Assembly: GCA_963786935.1 (NCBI GenBank)
Contig: CAWBAN010000002.1
Span: 416,001-480,000 of the forward strand
Origin: an uncultured bacterium
GTDB lineage: Bacteria; Krumholzibacteriota; Krumholzibacteriia; Krumholzibacteriales; Krumholzibacteriaceae
Direction: 5' to 3'
Length of the DNA: 64,000 bases
In this document: positions 46,888 through 57,129 of the stretch, one piece after another
How the letters are laid out: every line of letters begins with the position of its first letter
Numbering within the stretch: the first letter of the stretch is position 1
Position numbers and translations under genes: made by a program
Notes under the pieces: model-generated
Seen by the model: the letters and a program-made list of their open reading frames with translations, nothing else
The model's database searches: none
Told to the model about the DNA's origin: nothing

Positions 46888-48108
46888 ATGCATCGTATCA
46901 CGCTCTCTTTTTCGATTCGCCTCTTGGTCGCGGCGCTCGCTGCGGCCGGATCGATCGCGTCGGGAGCATTCGCCCAATATCCCGTCGGCACATCCGACGT
47001 GACCTTCGTCGATCCCGCCCGCGGCAACCGCTCGATTCCCGCCGATCTCTATTATCCCGCGCAAGCGGCCGGCGCCGGGCAGCCCGTCGCCGATCCTCCG
47101 CCTGAAGGTTTCGCCGCCGTCGCCTTCGGCCATGGATTTCAAATCGCCGCCGCGAACTACGCGTGGATCGCGTCGCGCCTGGCGGGGGAGGGGTGTGTCG
47201 TGGCCGTACCGCGGACCGCCGGAGAGCTGTTCCCGAATCATGAAGCGTTCGGACTCGACCTTGCCTTTGCCGCGAGGGCCCTGCGCGACGCGGGAGCGGA
47301 TCCCGCATCCCCCTTCTTCGGCCGAATGGGACCGCGCACGCTGGTCATGGGGCACAGCATGGGGGGCGGCTGCAGCATGCTTGCCGCCGGGGGGGACACA
47401 TCGATCACCGCGGTCGCGAATTTCGCCGCGGCCGAGACGAATCCGTCGGCTGTCGCGGCCTGCGGGCTCATCGGGCGGCCGGCGCTGCTCTTCGCAGGCG
47501 GCAATGACTGCGTCACGCCGCCGGCCGATCATCAGATTCCCATGTACGAGGCTCTCACGGGCTGGCGCACGCTCGTGACGATCGACGGCGCGAGCCACTG
47601 CCAGTTCAATGCATACAGCTTTCTGTGCGATTTCGGCGAGTCCTGCAGCGCGGGCATCACCCGCGAAGCGCAGCAGGATCTCGCCTGGTCGATCCTCAGG
47701 CCGTGGATGCGCGCGATTCTGTTCCTCGACTCGACCGCTCTGCGCGATTTCTTCACGCTGCTCGAAGCAGGCGCCGGTTTCACGTACGTGCAGGACGGCG
47801 TTCCGACCGGGTCGGAGGCGCGCGTGCCGCCGGTCGCGTGCCGGCTCAGCGCGTTCCCGAATCCCTTCAACGCCTCGATCATGCTTCGGGCGGAGATCGC
47901 GGCGGGCGGCCCGGCGCGGCTCGTTATCTTCGACGCCGCCGGCCGGCGCGTGGCCGTGATCGTAGAGCGACCGCTGGCGGCGGGACCGCACGCGTTCCAC
48001 TGGGACGGGCGGAATGCCGCCGGCGTCGATGCGCCGAGCGGGGTCTATTTCGCGCGCCTGACTGCGGCGGGACGCGCGGCGGTCACGATGCTGGTGCTCG
48101 TACGCTGA
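46888..48108 (+). CDS. secreted alpha/beta hydrolase with FlgD-Ig-like C-terminal domain
   Basis: Signal peptide; FGHGF, GHSMGG, GASHC; FPNPFN...WDGRN...SGVYFARL. Confidence 0.85.
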   Translation: MHRITLSFSIRLLVAALAAAGSIASGAFAQYPVGTSDVTFVDPARGNRSIPADLYYPAQAAGAGQPVADPPPEGFAAVAFGHGFQIAAANYAWIASRLAGEGCVVAVPRTAGELFPNHEAFGLDLAFAARALRDAGADPASPFFGRMGPRTLVMGHSMGGGCSMLAAGGDTSITAVANFAAAETNPSAVAACGLIGRPALLFAGGNDCVTPPADHQIPMYEALTGWRTLVTIDGASHCQFNAYSFLCDFGESCSAGITREAQQDLAWSILRPWMRAILFLDSTALRDFFTLLEAGAGFTYVQDGVPTGSEARVPPVACRLSAFPNPFNASIMLRAEIAAGGPARLVIFDAAGRRVAVIVERPLAAGPHAFHWDGRNAAGVDAPSGVYFARLTAAGRAAVTMLVLVR

Positions 48109-48136
48109 TCATGAGCATTCCCGGATCCGGATGACG

Positions 48137-49090
48137 TCAGCGCTTCCCGCCCCAGGCGTACGTGTAGGCGATCTGAAACGTGTCGAAATCCGTACCTAAG
48201 GCGGTCTTGAGCCCGTTGATATAGGCGAGCTTCAACGCCTGCCTGCGCGCGAGCGGCAGCCGGAGCGTGGCCGAAACGCGGACGTTCTCGATCCGGCTTT
48301 TGGGCACGCCGTCGATCGTTGTGCGGCCGCCCCAGCCGTAACCGACCGATCCGGCCGCCCACATCTCGGCGCCGCGGATCGTGTAGATGGCGTGGGCCTG
48401 AACGTCGTAGAACGGATCCTGCTCGAGCGTCTTCCCGCCGAAGAAATCGCCGTTCGTCGCATAGAAGGACGCCGTCGCGTACCCCTCGAGCACCCAGCGG
48501 CCGATAACCTGCGAGGCGCCCAGGCGCGGCGAGAACGACCAGCGATTCGTCCCGAGGTTGATGAGCTTTTCGGGGAAGTATTGGCCGAGCGGCGCGGTCA
48601 CGATGATCGAGGCTCCGACCACCGTTTCCTGTCGATAGGAGCGGAACTCGCTCATCGTGAGCGCCGGAGAGCCGATGAAGTTGACGGAGAGCTTCAAGGC
48701 CAAGTCCCCGAAGCCCGTTCGCGTCGTGCTCGTGTCGTTCTCGCCGATCGTCGCCTTCCAGAGGCCCGTAGCGGCCGGTATGCCGAACCCGATCTTGCCG
48801 GCCATTCCGAAGAAATCGATCGACCGCACGCAGCTGAGGCTGAGCGTCCCCACCCGCGCATTTCCGTTCTCGAGCGGGAGGGACGGCTCGAGCAGAAGAT
48901 TGCCGTACGCGTAGCCTGTCGCCGCGGTCAGGAAGTTGATCCCGACCGGAGCGTTGACCAGGTTCCGGGGCTCGAGCTCCTGGGCGGCGGCCGGCGACGC
49001 AAAGAGGGTGATCACGAGCGGGGCGATCGCGAAAAGGGCGCCCGCAAGGAGCGCGACGGCAGGCCGTGAATGTATGATCCTGAGCTGCAA
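48137..49090 (-). CDS. outer-membrane transporter-like protein (phenol MetA-pathway family)
   Basis: QELEPR...APVG, GFGDL, APLGQY..KLINLGTNRW. Confidence 0.8.
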   Translation of the reverse strand: MQLRIIHSRPAVALLAGALFAIAPLVITLFASPAAAQELEPRNLVNAPVGINFLTAATGYAYGNLLLEPSLPLENGNARVGTLSLSCVRSIDFFGMAGKIGFGIPAATGLWKATIGENDTSTTRTGFGDLALKLSVNFIGSPALTMSEFRSYRQETVVGASIIVTAPLGQYFPEKLINLGTNRWSFSPRLGASQVIGRWVLEGYATASFYATNGDFFGGKTLEQDPFYDVQAHAIYTIRGAEMWAAGSVGYGWGGRTTIDGVPKSRIENVRVSATLRLPLARRQALKLAYINGLKTALGTDFDTFQIAYTYAWGGKR

Positions 49091-49102
49091 ATGCGCCTAT
49101 CC

Positions 49103-50143
49103 TCAGAAGTAGTAGCGAAAATCCAACGCCGCCGTCGTATACCGCAGCGTCCTGTCCGAACCCCGGAAATCCTGCCACTGCGAGGCGATCTCGAGACCGA
49201 CGTTCAGGTCCGGCCTGCCGATGTAATCGATACGGCCGGTGGCGATCGTCGCGCCGTTCCCGAGACTCAGATCGGATTCCGGAACGGAAGTCCGTCGGAA
49301 TCCGACGGCCGCGCCGATCGGCGCGGCGATTTGGCGGCGCAGATCGAAATCCACGGCCGCGCCGACGTCGTAGTACCAGTCGCTCCCTTCCTCGCGATCC
49401 GGCGACTCGCCGTAGCCGACGGCCCCCGAGGCGGTCAGGCCGATCGTCCGGTTGATCGCCCACGCATAGGACAGCCCCGTGTTGGCGATCATGAACGTCG
49501 CATCCTTCACCAGCTTGTCGTCCGGGGTGAGACCGTCTTCGACGATGCCCTCGACGAATCCGGCGAGATCGACCGCGGTGTAGCTCGCGTTGACGACCTG
49601 CACCGTCCCCGAGAGCGCCATATCTTCGGACCGCATGATCTTGAGCATCCAGCCCAGACGGAAACCCGAAGTCACGGTCACGCCCTGCGAAAGAAGCGAC
49701 GCCGTCTCCGTTCCGAGCCGCCCCGCCAATAGGAAATGCGCCCAGAATGCCATCCAATCCTTGACGGCCTGCTGATATTCGATTTGGAGCGTGGTAAACA
49801 GGACGTTGCCGGTTTCGAACGTGACTTCTTCCCCGCCGATGACGGCGACGGGCACCGAAGATCCGGGCGTCATTCCGACGGCGATCGCATCGCGGAAATA
49901 CGTGGTGATAAACGGCCCCCGGATCACCGCGGTCGTGGTAAAGCGGTGGCCGGCGAGCGTCGGCGCCGTCTCGCGCGCGGGCGGCGTTTGCGCGGCCGGA
50001 TCGCCCGTCGCGGGAGGCTGTTGCTGCGCGCGGACCGCCGAGAGCGGCAGCGCGGGCAAGATCAGCATCAGGAGAATGCCGGCGGGGCGCAGCCGGGAGC
50101 GCCGCGCAGTCCGGCTCGTTGTCGCCGCATCGTGGGCGGACAT
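49103..50143 (-). CDS. hypothetical outer-membrane beta-barrel protein
   Basis: Signal peptide; terminal FRYYF; within operon. Confidence 0.7.
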   Translation of the reverse strand: MSAHDAATTSRTARRSRLRPAGILLMLILPALPLSAVRAQQQPPATGDPAAQTPPARETAPTLAGHRFTTTAVIRGPFITTYFRDAIAVGMTPGSSVPVAVIGGEEVTFETGNVLFTTLQIEYQQAVKDWMAFWAHFLLAGRLGTETASLLSQGVTVTSGFRLGWMLKIMRSEDMALSGTVQVVNASYTAVDLAGFVEGIVEDGLTPDDKLVKDATFMIANTGLSYAWAINRTIGLTASGAVGYGESPDREEGSDWYYDVGAAVDFDLRRQIAAPIGAAVGFRRTSVPESDLSLGNGATIATGRIDYIGRPDLNVGLEIASQWQDFRGSDRTLRYTTAALDFRYYF

Positions 50144-50161
50144 CGCTACCTCCTCTTTCCC

Positions 50162-50830
50162 TCAGCCGCGCCGCGGGAAGAGCACCGCGGCCAATAGCTG
50201 AAAACCGCTCGACCGCAGCCGCGGGGCGAGCGCCTCATTATACGCTTCGGCGTCGGGATTGACCATATTGACCAAACTCTGCTGATACCTCAGCTCGAAC
50301 GTCAGGAGCGTGCTTCCCGCCGGGACCATGAACCCCACGCCGAAGGCGATGGAGACGTCGAAATCCCGAAAGAGATCTCCCGCATCCGTCTCTCCCGCCC
50401 GGATATTCTTCAGCGTCGCCTGCGTCAGGAAGCCGAATCCCACGCCGGTGGTGAAATAGCTGTATCCGTTGTCCGCGAGGACCTTGACCATCACGAGACA
50501 GTCCACGTAATCGAGGCGCAGCTCGAGGCTGTCTCTCGGTTCGTCCTCCCCGACGTCGAAGGAGATGTCCGCGCCCCGCTGAGCGTACATCGGCTGGAAG
50601 CTCAGCACGACGTCCTTGGTCAGCGCGAGGTCGCCGATGATCCCGGCGTTCACCCCGAGGGCGCGCCCGTACCCGGCGTCCTCGGGCGCGTCTCCCTTGA
50701 GGCTCGACCAGTTCAATCCGGTCGTGACGCCGATCCGGGACTGCGCCTGCGCGCCGGCTCCGAGGCACAGCGCCAGGCAGAGAAGATTGCATCCGATGAA
50801 GAAGAGAAGACGTGCCGTTCTCGCGCTCAT
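50162..50830 (-). CDS. porin-family (PorT-like) beta-barrel
   Basis: IGVTTGLN, FQPMYAQRG, LDY, FELRY. Confidence 0.8.
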   Translation of the reverse strand: MSARTARLLFFIGCNLLCLALCLGAGAQAQSRIGVTTGLNWSSLKGDAPEDAGYGRALGVNAGIIGDLALTKDVVLSFQPMYAQRGADISFDVGEDEPRDSLELRLDYVDCLVMVKVLADNGYSYFTTGVGFGFLTQATLKNIRAGETDAGDLFRDFDVSIAFGVGFMVPAGSTLLTFELRYQQSLVNMVNPDAEAYNEALAPRLRSSGFQLLAAVLFPRRG

Positions 50831-52971
50831 CGATCACTCCTTGCTGTGGCGGGAGCGGGCTCCTTGATCCCGTTCAGCGCGCGCACGACTCTGAACAGGT
50901 CTCCCGTCCCGTAGAAATCGACTGCGATCAGGTTAGGCATCATCCGGCGTTCCCGTTTGCACGCGCGCGCCCGCTGCAGGAGAAAGTCATAGGCGTTGAC
51001 GATCTCGGCGTTGCTCGGAAGCGGCGCGGGCGCCGTTTGGATCCAGTGATTCATGAGGAGGAGCGATCCGCTCGTGCCGCCGCGATTGGGCTTGTTGGAA
51101 AACTCCGAGGGATCTTTGAACCCGTACGGCGTCTCCTGTATGACGCCGGCCGTCGCGTGATACCACGGGACGCCTTCGGCGTCGTTCTCCGCGAACACGA
51201 GCACGCGCTCGTCGCGTTCGATCATCTCGCGGAGCGTCGGCCACGGCGGTTCGACGCTTCCCCGGTAGACGAACCGCTCGAGCCCGCTCTTCGCGAAGCA
51301 CGCCGCCACGTCGGTCGGCGTCACGCCTTCGTCCTGTATGATGACGATCAGGACCTCGTTCGGATTCGCGACGAGGAAGTCGCGCATGTCTTCCAACGCG
51401 GCGACGAACGGCCGCTCGCCGAGCTCGCAGAATCCGTGGCACATGTAGACGCCGCGCTCGCCTTCCGCCTCGCCGACCATCCGGTCGCGGATCCGCATGG
51501 CGGCCTCGACGCCCTCTTTCCCGAGCGCCTCCTCGTACTTCGCGCGCGCGTTCTCCTCGTTCTCGATGAGCGTTTTGACGCGGTTCTGCATGGGGACGCC
51601 GTAGTGGACGTCGATCATGAAGCCGCGCACCCCGTCCTCGAGCTGCGCGCGGATCCCCCGTTCCTGATTCGGGAACATCCAACTCGGAATGTCCGCCGAC
51701 GACATCGAGTTGTGCGTCATGGCGAACGCGACCTGATTGAGCCGCTTGTCGCACAGCTCCGGATGCCCGTTGCACGCGTCTATCGGCAGCGATGCCGCCG
51801 CGACCTCGTTCTCGGGGCGCGTCAGCAGGAAGACCGCCGCGCCGGCCAGCACGATCAGCACCGCCCCGACGACGACGGCCGGCGAGACCGAGGCGCGTTT
51901 CTTCTTGTCGAGAACGGCGATCGCCTGCTCGACGCGAGGGGCGAGCCGCGCCACCGTTACGAACACGCCCCGCATCCCGAAGAAGAAGAGCGCCCCGCCC
52001 GCGATCACCGTGAGTATCACGACGGACTGGGCGGGATGGAACGAAATGGCGACGCCGGCGGCGACGAGCGCGAGCCCGCGGACGATCTCCCAACCGGGGG
52101 CGAGCCGGCGGCTCGCGGTACGGTTCCATGCCGCGAGCGCGAGGGTCTTGAGGTAGCCCTTCTCGAGCAGCGACGTGACGGCTGCGACGAGAACGAGCCC
52201 GAGCCCCGCGAGAATCAGCATGCGGATGGCGAGGGGGCCGATGAAGACCGGCCAGAGGCCGCGAATAAGGTCGGCGCCGACCGGCGTTCGGGCGAGCATG
52301 GCGGCGGCGTAGCCGCCGAAATACGCCGCGCCGGCGGCGAGGAATGCCGCGCCGGCGAGCCCGATGCCGAATCGGAGCAGATAGCGGTTTTTCCGGGGGC
52401 TGAGGAGTATCCCGCAGACCCCCAGCACGATTCCGCCCGCGAAAACGGCGATCGCGCGCATCCGCATCCGCTGCCCGAGCCGCATCAGGGCGACGATCCT
52501 GTCGGCGAGGTTCGATTGCTCCATTACGGTGAGCGCGACGTCGATGCGCTCGGGCACCTTCTCGGCGATGTTCGGATACATGGCGAGCGCGTTGCGGACG
52601 ACGAGGCCGAGGTCCGCGACGGAGAGCGTGAGGTCCCGTCCCGTCTCGGAAATCAGCGTTTCGTGCGCCTCGCGCGCGGCGCGCCGCACGACCGCGCGAA
52701 ACGGGGCGGACGAAACGACGTACTGGACCGCGCCGAGCAGAACGGGGCGATAGGGGGTCACGTCGCGATAGGACGACACGATCGCGTCGGTGATTTCGCC
52801 CGCCACGACGTGGGAGACGGCCGGCCGGGCCATGCTGTCGGCGACGCGACTGGCGAACATCGCGGGATTGAAGATCACCCTCGAACCGTAGATGTAGGCT
52901 GCGCCGACGATGAGCCCCGCGACGCAGAGCGCGCCGCACAGCCCCGCCGCCATGCCGCGAAATCTCTTCAT
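50827..52971 (-). CDS. multi-TM membrane protein with C-terminal PI-PLC-like phosphodiesterase domain
   Basis: CNGHPELC, MTHNS, QLEDGVRGFMIDVH, CHGFCE, FLVANPNEV, PNLIAVDFY. Confidence 0.8.
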   Translation of the reverse strand: MKRFRGMAAGLCGALCVAGLIVGAAYIYGSRVIFNPAMFASRVADSMARPAVSHVVAGEITDAIVSSYRDVTPYRPVLLGAVQYVVSSAPFRAVVRRAAREAHETLISETGRDLTLSVADLGLVVRNALAMYPNIAEKVPERIDVALTVMEQSNLADRIVALMRLGQRMRMRAIAVFAGGIVLGVCGILLSPRKNRYLLRFGIGLAGAAFLAAGAAYFGGYAAAMLARTPVGADLIRGLWPVFIGPLAIRMLILAGLGLVLVAAVTSLLEKGYLKTLALAAWNRTASRRLAPGWEIVRGLALVAAGVAISFHPAQSVVILTVIAGGALFFFGMRGVFVTVARLAPRVEQAIAVLDKKKRASVSPAVVVGAVLIVLAGAAVFLLTRPENEVAAASLPIDACNGHPELCDKRLNQVAFAMTHNSMSSADIPSWMFPNQERGIRAQLEDGVRGFMIDVHYGVPMQNRVKTLIENEENARAKYEEALGKEGVEAAMRIRDRMVGEAEGERGVYMCHGFCELGERPFVAALEDMRDFLVANPNEVLIVIIQDEGVTPTDVAACFAKSGLERFVYRGSVEPPWPTLREMIERDERVLVFAENDAEGVPWYHATAGVIQETPYGFKDPSEFSNKPNRGGTSGSLLLMNHWIQTAPAPLPSNAEIVNAYDFLLQRARACKRERRMMPNLIAVDFYGTGDLFRVVRALNGIKEPAPATARSDR

Positions 52972-52983
52972 GACGTCCCCGCT

Positions 52984-53613
52984 TTAGAACCCGACTCCGA
53001 CACCGGCGCTGATGAAGGGCGTCCAATCCTCATACGGCGAATTCTCGTCCTGCAGGACGTCGAACAGGACTTCCACGTACGCCGACGTGTTCGGGCTGAG
53101 CTGCTTGACGAGCCCCCCGCCCACGTACAGGAAGGGCACCCAGTTGCGCTCGGATTCGAGCTCGGAGACCTGATACTCGTAGTTGATTTCGGCGAATTCG
53201 ACGTGCAGGTAGATGCTCCGTGCCGGCATGAGACGGCTGAAGACGCTGCCGCCGTAGCTGCTCGACGTATAATTGGTGGAGTACCGGCTGTCGTCGATGT
53301 ATTCGTAGGTCGCCTTTCCGCCGATGTGGAGGAAGGGCTTCAGCTTGTAGCCGACGAAGGGCTGGATGCTGATGCGGAAGTAATCGCCCATGCTCAATCC
53401 CACGGTCCCGCCGTAGTATATCTTCTTCGGGCCGGGCGCGCTCTCGGCCGGCGGGGCGGGGGGCGGGGGCGCCGCTTGCGCCGGGGCGGCAGCCGTCGCC
53501 GTATCCGTCTGCTGCTGCGCGGCGGCCGGCGGAACCGGCTGCTGCGCGAAGGCGCTCACGGCGATCAGGCTCAAGAGCGCGAAGCATATCGCGAATCTCG
53601 ACATCGTGACCAT
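52984..53613 (-). CDS. small outer-membrane beta-barrel protein
   Basis: RBS AGGAGG; signal peptide, Pro/Ala linker, terminal GVGVGF. Confidence 0.75.
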   Translation of the reverse strand: MVTMSRFAICFALLSLIAVSAFAQQPVPPAAAQQQTDTATAAAPAQAAPPPPAPPAESAPGPKKIYYGGTVGLSMGDYFRISIQPFVGYKLKPFLHIGGKATYEYIDDSRYSTNYTSSSYGGSVFSRLMPARSIYLHVEFAEINYEYQVSELESERNWVPFLYVGGGLVKQLSPNTSAYVEVLFDVLQDENSPYEDWTPFISAGVGVGF

Positions 53614-53698
53614 GCGACCTCCTGTCGAACGATCGTATCGCGGCCCTGATGGGACCGCGCCTTCGGCATTCGAACCCATTTTGAACTATCGTGGCGCT

Positions 53699-54064
53699 TT
53701 ATTCCAGCAGCTTTTTGACCGTATCCCGGGTGCCCGTGAGGGCCATCCACCGTTTCTCCGAAAGCGTGAAGAGGACCGCCGCCAACGGGATCAGGACATA
53801 GGCGGATCCGATGGCGACGGCGACGATCGCCTTCGTCTGCGGTTCCCACGGCGCAAACAGCAGGAGAGCGATGGGGATCATGACGAACCCGGCGCCGATG
53901 AGGGCCGCGACGAATATCACGAGACAGAACAGAATGAGAATGCGGCGAGCCGTCTTCATTCCCTCGAGATAAGCGTCCGCCGCCTGGACCTTCACCGTCC
54001 GGATCAGCTGATCGAGATACTCTTCCTTCAGCCAGCGGATGAGCGCGTCGACGATCCAGTTCAT
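53699..54064 (-). CDS. two-TM membrane protein (YqjE/holin-like)
   Basis: Two hydrophobic helices; directly downstream of DUF883-like gene. Confidence 0.65.
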   Translation of the reverse strand: MNWIVDALIRWLKEEYLDQLIRTVKVQAADAYLEGMKTARRILILFCLVIFVAALIGAGFVMIPIALLLFAPWEPQTKAIVAVAIGSAYVLIPLAAVLFTLSEKRWMALTGTRDTVKKLLE

Positions 54065-54068
54065 ACGC

Positions 54069-54254
54069 CTAGTCCCTTCGCGATCTGCTCAGCAGAAGCC
54101 CGAGCAGCAGCCCCGCGACCGCGGCCCCCCCGATGTAGGCCCACGGATTCCGGTGCACCCGCTGATCGATGTCTCCGGCGGCGTCGACGATCTGTTTCTT
54201 CCCGGCCTCGAGCTTTTCCTCCGCATTGATCCGCGCTTCTTCGAATCGATCCAT
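54069..54254 (-). CDS. DUF883 (ElaB/YqjD-like) tail-anchored protein
   Basis: RBS GGAGG; VHRNPWAYIGGAAVAGLLLGLLLSR. Confidence 0.8.
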   Translation of the reverse strand: MDRFEEARINAEEKLEAGKKQIVDAAGDIDQRVHRNPWAYIGGAAVAGLLLGLLLSRSRRD

Positions 54255-54374
54255 GTCGGTCCTCCATTCGAATATGACGATTCCATCCCCTTCGCTTGTC
54301 AAGGGTGTCGCGAGCATTGTAGATAAACGCCGTCGGGGGCTGCCATTGGACCTTGGTCCCATACGCGGTCGGCA

Positions 54375-54403
54375 TTGACGCCGGCGCTCCCATCGTTTAC
54401 CAT
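54375..54403 (+). promoter_or_regulatory. candidate sigma70 promoter
   Basis: TTGACG, 17 nt, TACCAT upstream of putP. Confidence 0.5.
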
Positions 54404-54437
54404 GCATTGACTCTTCCAGCATCAAGGAGCCGCGTGC

Positions 54438-56030
54438 ATGGATGCGTACAATCCGCAGATCCTGATCCTCATGGGCGTCTATCTGGTCTTCTCCATCGGG
54501 ATAGGAGTCTGGTACGCCAAGAAGAGCAACACCGGCTCCGCCGAGTACTTTCTCGGCGGCCGGAGCCTCGGCCCCTGGGTGACGGCGATGAGCGCCGAGG
54601 CCTCGGACATGAGCGGCTGGCTCCTCATGGGCCTTCCGGGAGTGGCTTACTTCACCGGCGCCGGCGAAGCAGCCTGGACCGCCATCGGGCTCGCTATCGG
54701 AACCTGGCTCAACTGGCGTATCGTCGCGGGCAGGCTCCGTTCCTACTCGCAGGTGGCCGACAACTCGATCACCCTGCCGTCGTTCTTCAGCAACCGCTTC
54801 CACGACAAGAGGCATATCCTCCAGATCGCCGCCGCCGTCGTTCTCCTCGTGTTCTTCTCGATCTACGTCGGTTCGCAGTTCGTCACCTTCGCCAAGCTCT
54901 TCAGCTACGTTTTCGGCACCGGAAGCTATTACTCCCTCATGGTCGTCCTCGGGGCGCTCTTCGTCCTTGTGTACACCCTGATCGGCGGCTTCCTCGCCGA
55001 AAGCATGACCGATTTCTATCAGGGCCTCCTGATGTTCGCGGCCCTGGTGCTGGTGCTCGCGGTCGGGACCGTCAAGGCCGGCGGCGTCGGCCAGATCGCC
55101 GAAAATCTTCGAGCCATCCCGAGCTTCGCCGATTTCTTCGGCGTCGCGGTCCCGGTTGACGCGGGCGGCGCCGCGGTCAGCGCCGCCGCCGGGAACGCGC
55201 AGGCCGTCGTCGGCGGGGCGGCGGCCTTCGGCCCGGGCATCAAATACGGCTTCCTCAGCATCGTTTCCTGCATGGCCTGGGGATTGGGATACTTCGGCAT
55301 GCCCCATGTCCTGCTCCGCTTCATGGCCATCCGCAAGCGCTCGGAGCTCAAGCGGTCGACCGTCATCGCCGTCACCTGGTGCGTGATCTCGCTCTTCGCG
55401 GCGGTCGCCATCGGCATGATCGGCCGCGTCCTCATGCCCACGCGCCTCGCCACGGCCTCCGCCTCGGAGACGATATTTCTCCACATGGCGGTGGACTTCT
55501 TCCCGCCGCTTCTCGCCGGGCTCGTGCTCTCGGGCATTCTCGCCGCTTCAATGAGCTCCTCCGACTCCTACATGCTCATCGCTTCCTCGGCGCTGGCGAG
55601 AGATCTCGTCAAAGGCGCGTTCAAGCGGAACGCGAGCGACACGACCATCATGTGGATCGCGCGCGTCACCCTGCTTCTCGTGACCGGTTTCGGCATCTGG
55701 ACTGCGCTCGCGGGCGGCGACACGATCTTTCGCGTCGTTTCGTACGCCTGGGCGGGGCTCGGCGCCGCCTTCGGCCCCCTCGTGCTCTTCTCGCTCTTCT
55801 GGAAACGAACCACGCTTCCCGGCGCCGCGGCGGGCATGTTCACGGGAGGCGTCATGGTCGTCGTGTGGAAGAACTGGATCGGCAAGCTCGGAGGATACTT
55901 CGGCGTCTACGAGCTTCTCCCCGCGTTCGCGCTTTCCGTCGTCGTGATCTTCGTCGTGAGCCTTCTCACGAAGGAGCCCTCGAACGAGATCGAGAAGGAA
56001 TTCGATCTCGCGAAGACGGCATCATTGTAA
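54438..56030 (+). CDS. putP: sodium/proline symporter
   Basis: YFLGGRSLGPWVTAMSAEASDMSGWLLMGLPG, WGLGYFGMPHVLLRFMA, YELLPAF. Confidence 0.92.
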   Translation: MDAYNPQILILMGVYLVFSIGIGVWYAKKSNTGSAEYFLGGRSLGPWVTAMSAEASDMSGWLLMGLPGVAYFTGAGEAAWTAIGLAIGTWLNWRIVAGRLRSYSQVADNSITLPSFFSNRFHDKRHILQIAAAVVLLVFFSIYVGSQFVTFAKLFSYVFGTGSYYSLMVVLGALFVLVYTLIGGFLAESMTDFYQGLLMFAALVLVLAVGTVKAGGVGQIAENLRAIPSFADFFGVAVPVDAGGAAVSAAAGNAQAVVGGAAAFGPGIKYGFLSIVSCMAWGLGYFGMPHVLLRFMAIRKRSELKRSTVIAVTWCVISLFAAVAIGMIGRVLMPTRLATASASETIFLHMAVDFFPPLLAGLVLSGILAASMSSSDSYMLIASSALARDLVKGAFKRNASDTTIMWIARVTLLLVTGFGIWTALAGGDTIFRVVSYAWAGLGAAFGPLVLFSLFWKRTTLPGAAAGMFTGGVMVVVWKNWIGKLGGYFGVYELLPAFALSVVVIFVVSLLTKEPSNEIEKEFDLAKTASL

Positions 56031-56039
56031 AATGGGGGC

Positions 56040-56080
56040 GGCGTCCGTTCGGAAGGTGGGGCCTCCCGAACGGACGCCTT
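56040..56080. terminator. hairpin between convergent genes
   Basis: GGCGTCCGTTCGG...CCGAACGGACGCC. Confidence 0.75.
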
Positions 56081-56094
56081 CTGACAGGGACTTC

Positions 56095-57129
56095 TTACTT
56101 GGCCGGCTTCGATTCGTACGGGTTGCCGCCGAGGGCGTTCGAGATGTCCGCGATCGCCTTCTGCGCGCGAACGCTGTTACCCGCCTTGTCGACCGGCGGC
56201 GAGATCGCCGCGATGCCGAACTTTCCGGGGGAGACGGCGATGATGCCGCCGCCCACGCCGCTCTTTGCGGGGAGCCCGGTGTTGTAGAGCCACTTGCCCG
56301 AGTCGTCGTAGAGGCCCGCGGTCGCCATCACGGCGAGAACCTCCGCGACGTTCTCGGCCTTCATCGCCTGCTTGCCGGTGACGGGGTTCTTCCCGCCGTT
56401 CGCCAGCGTCGCCGCCATCATGGCGAGGTCCTTCGCGTTGACGGCCACCGCGCACTGCTTCGTGTAGATGTCGCACGCGCGAAGAGGCTCTTCCTTGATA
56501 TGGCCGTAGGCCCACATCAGCATCGAGATCGCCTGGTTCCGCTGGTTGGTCGCGGCCTCCGATTTGTACACCGGCACGTCGATGCCGAGCTGCCGTCCCG
56601 CGAAGTCGCTGTACGTGCCGATGATCTTTCCCCAGATCTCGTCGTAGCTCTTGCCCGGGATCATGCTCGTCGCCGTGATGGCGCCGGGATTGACCATCGC
56701 GTTCATCTCCGCGCCGCGGTACTGCTCGACGGCGACGATGGAGTTGAACACCTGGCCGGTGGCGTCGACGCCCATGTTGTCGACGATCGCCTGCGCTCCA
56801 AGCTCATCCATGACCTTGGCCATGGTGAAGACCTTGGAGACCGACTGGATCGAGACTTCCGACGTGATGTCGCCGATCGTGTAGACCTTGCCGTCGACCG
56901 TGACGACCGCGATTCCGAAGATCTTCGGGTCTACCTTGGCGAGCTCCGGAATATAATCGGCGACCGCGCCTTCCTGGAGGTCCTTGTACTTCGCGTAGGC
57001 CGCCTTGAGCGCCGCCTCGATGTCGGCCGGCTTCTGCGCCCATGAGGGCGAGCTCGACGCGACGAGCGAGAGCATCATGACGGCGGCGATGGCCCAGAGC
57101 CATGCACGCCCCGTGAATGTGTGCTTCAT
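56095..57129 (-). CDS. glsA: glutaminase A with N-terminal signal peptide
   Basis: GAVADYIPELAKV, SIQSVSK, NAMVNPGAI, GLYDDSG, GLPAKSGVGGGI, GNSVR. Confidence 0.92.
   Translation of the reverse strand: MKHTFTGRAWLWAIAAVMMLSLVASSSPSWAQKPADIEAALKAAYAKYKDLQEGAVADYIPELAKVDPKIFGIAVVTVDGKVYTIGDITSEVSIQSVSKVFTMAKVMDELGAQAIVDNMGVDATGQVFNSIVAVEQYRGAEMNAMVNPGAITATSMIPGKSYDEIWGKIIGTYSDFAGRQLGIDVPVYKSEAATNQRNQAISMLMWAYGHIKEEPLRACDIYTKQCAVAVNAKDLAMMAATLANGGKNPVTGKQAMKAENVAEVLAVMATAGLYDDSGKWLYNTGLPAKSGVGGGIIAVSPGKFGIAAISPPVDKAGNSVRAQKAIADISNALGGNPYESKPAK

Noticed and set aside
50812..53649. Long antisense ORFs (also 31680..33956, 44882..46768, 20673..22352 and others)
   Set aside because: Shadow frames expected in high-GC coding DNA, with no recognisable motifs.
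53699..54064. Holin-like gene as evidence of a prophage
   Set aside because: It is paired with a DUF883-like gene as in cellular yqjDE-type loci, and no phage genes are nearby.
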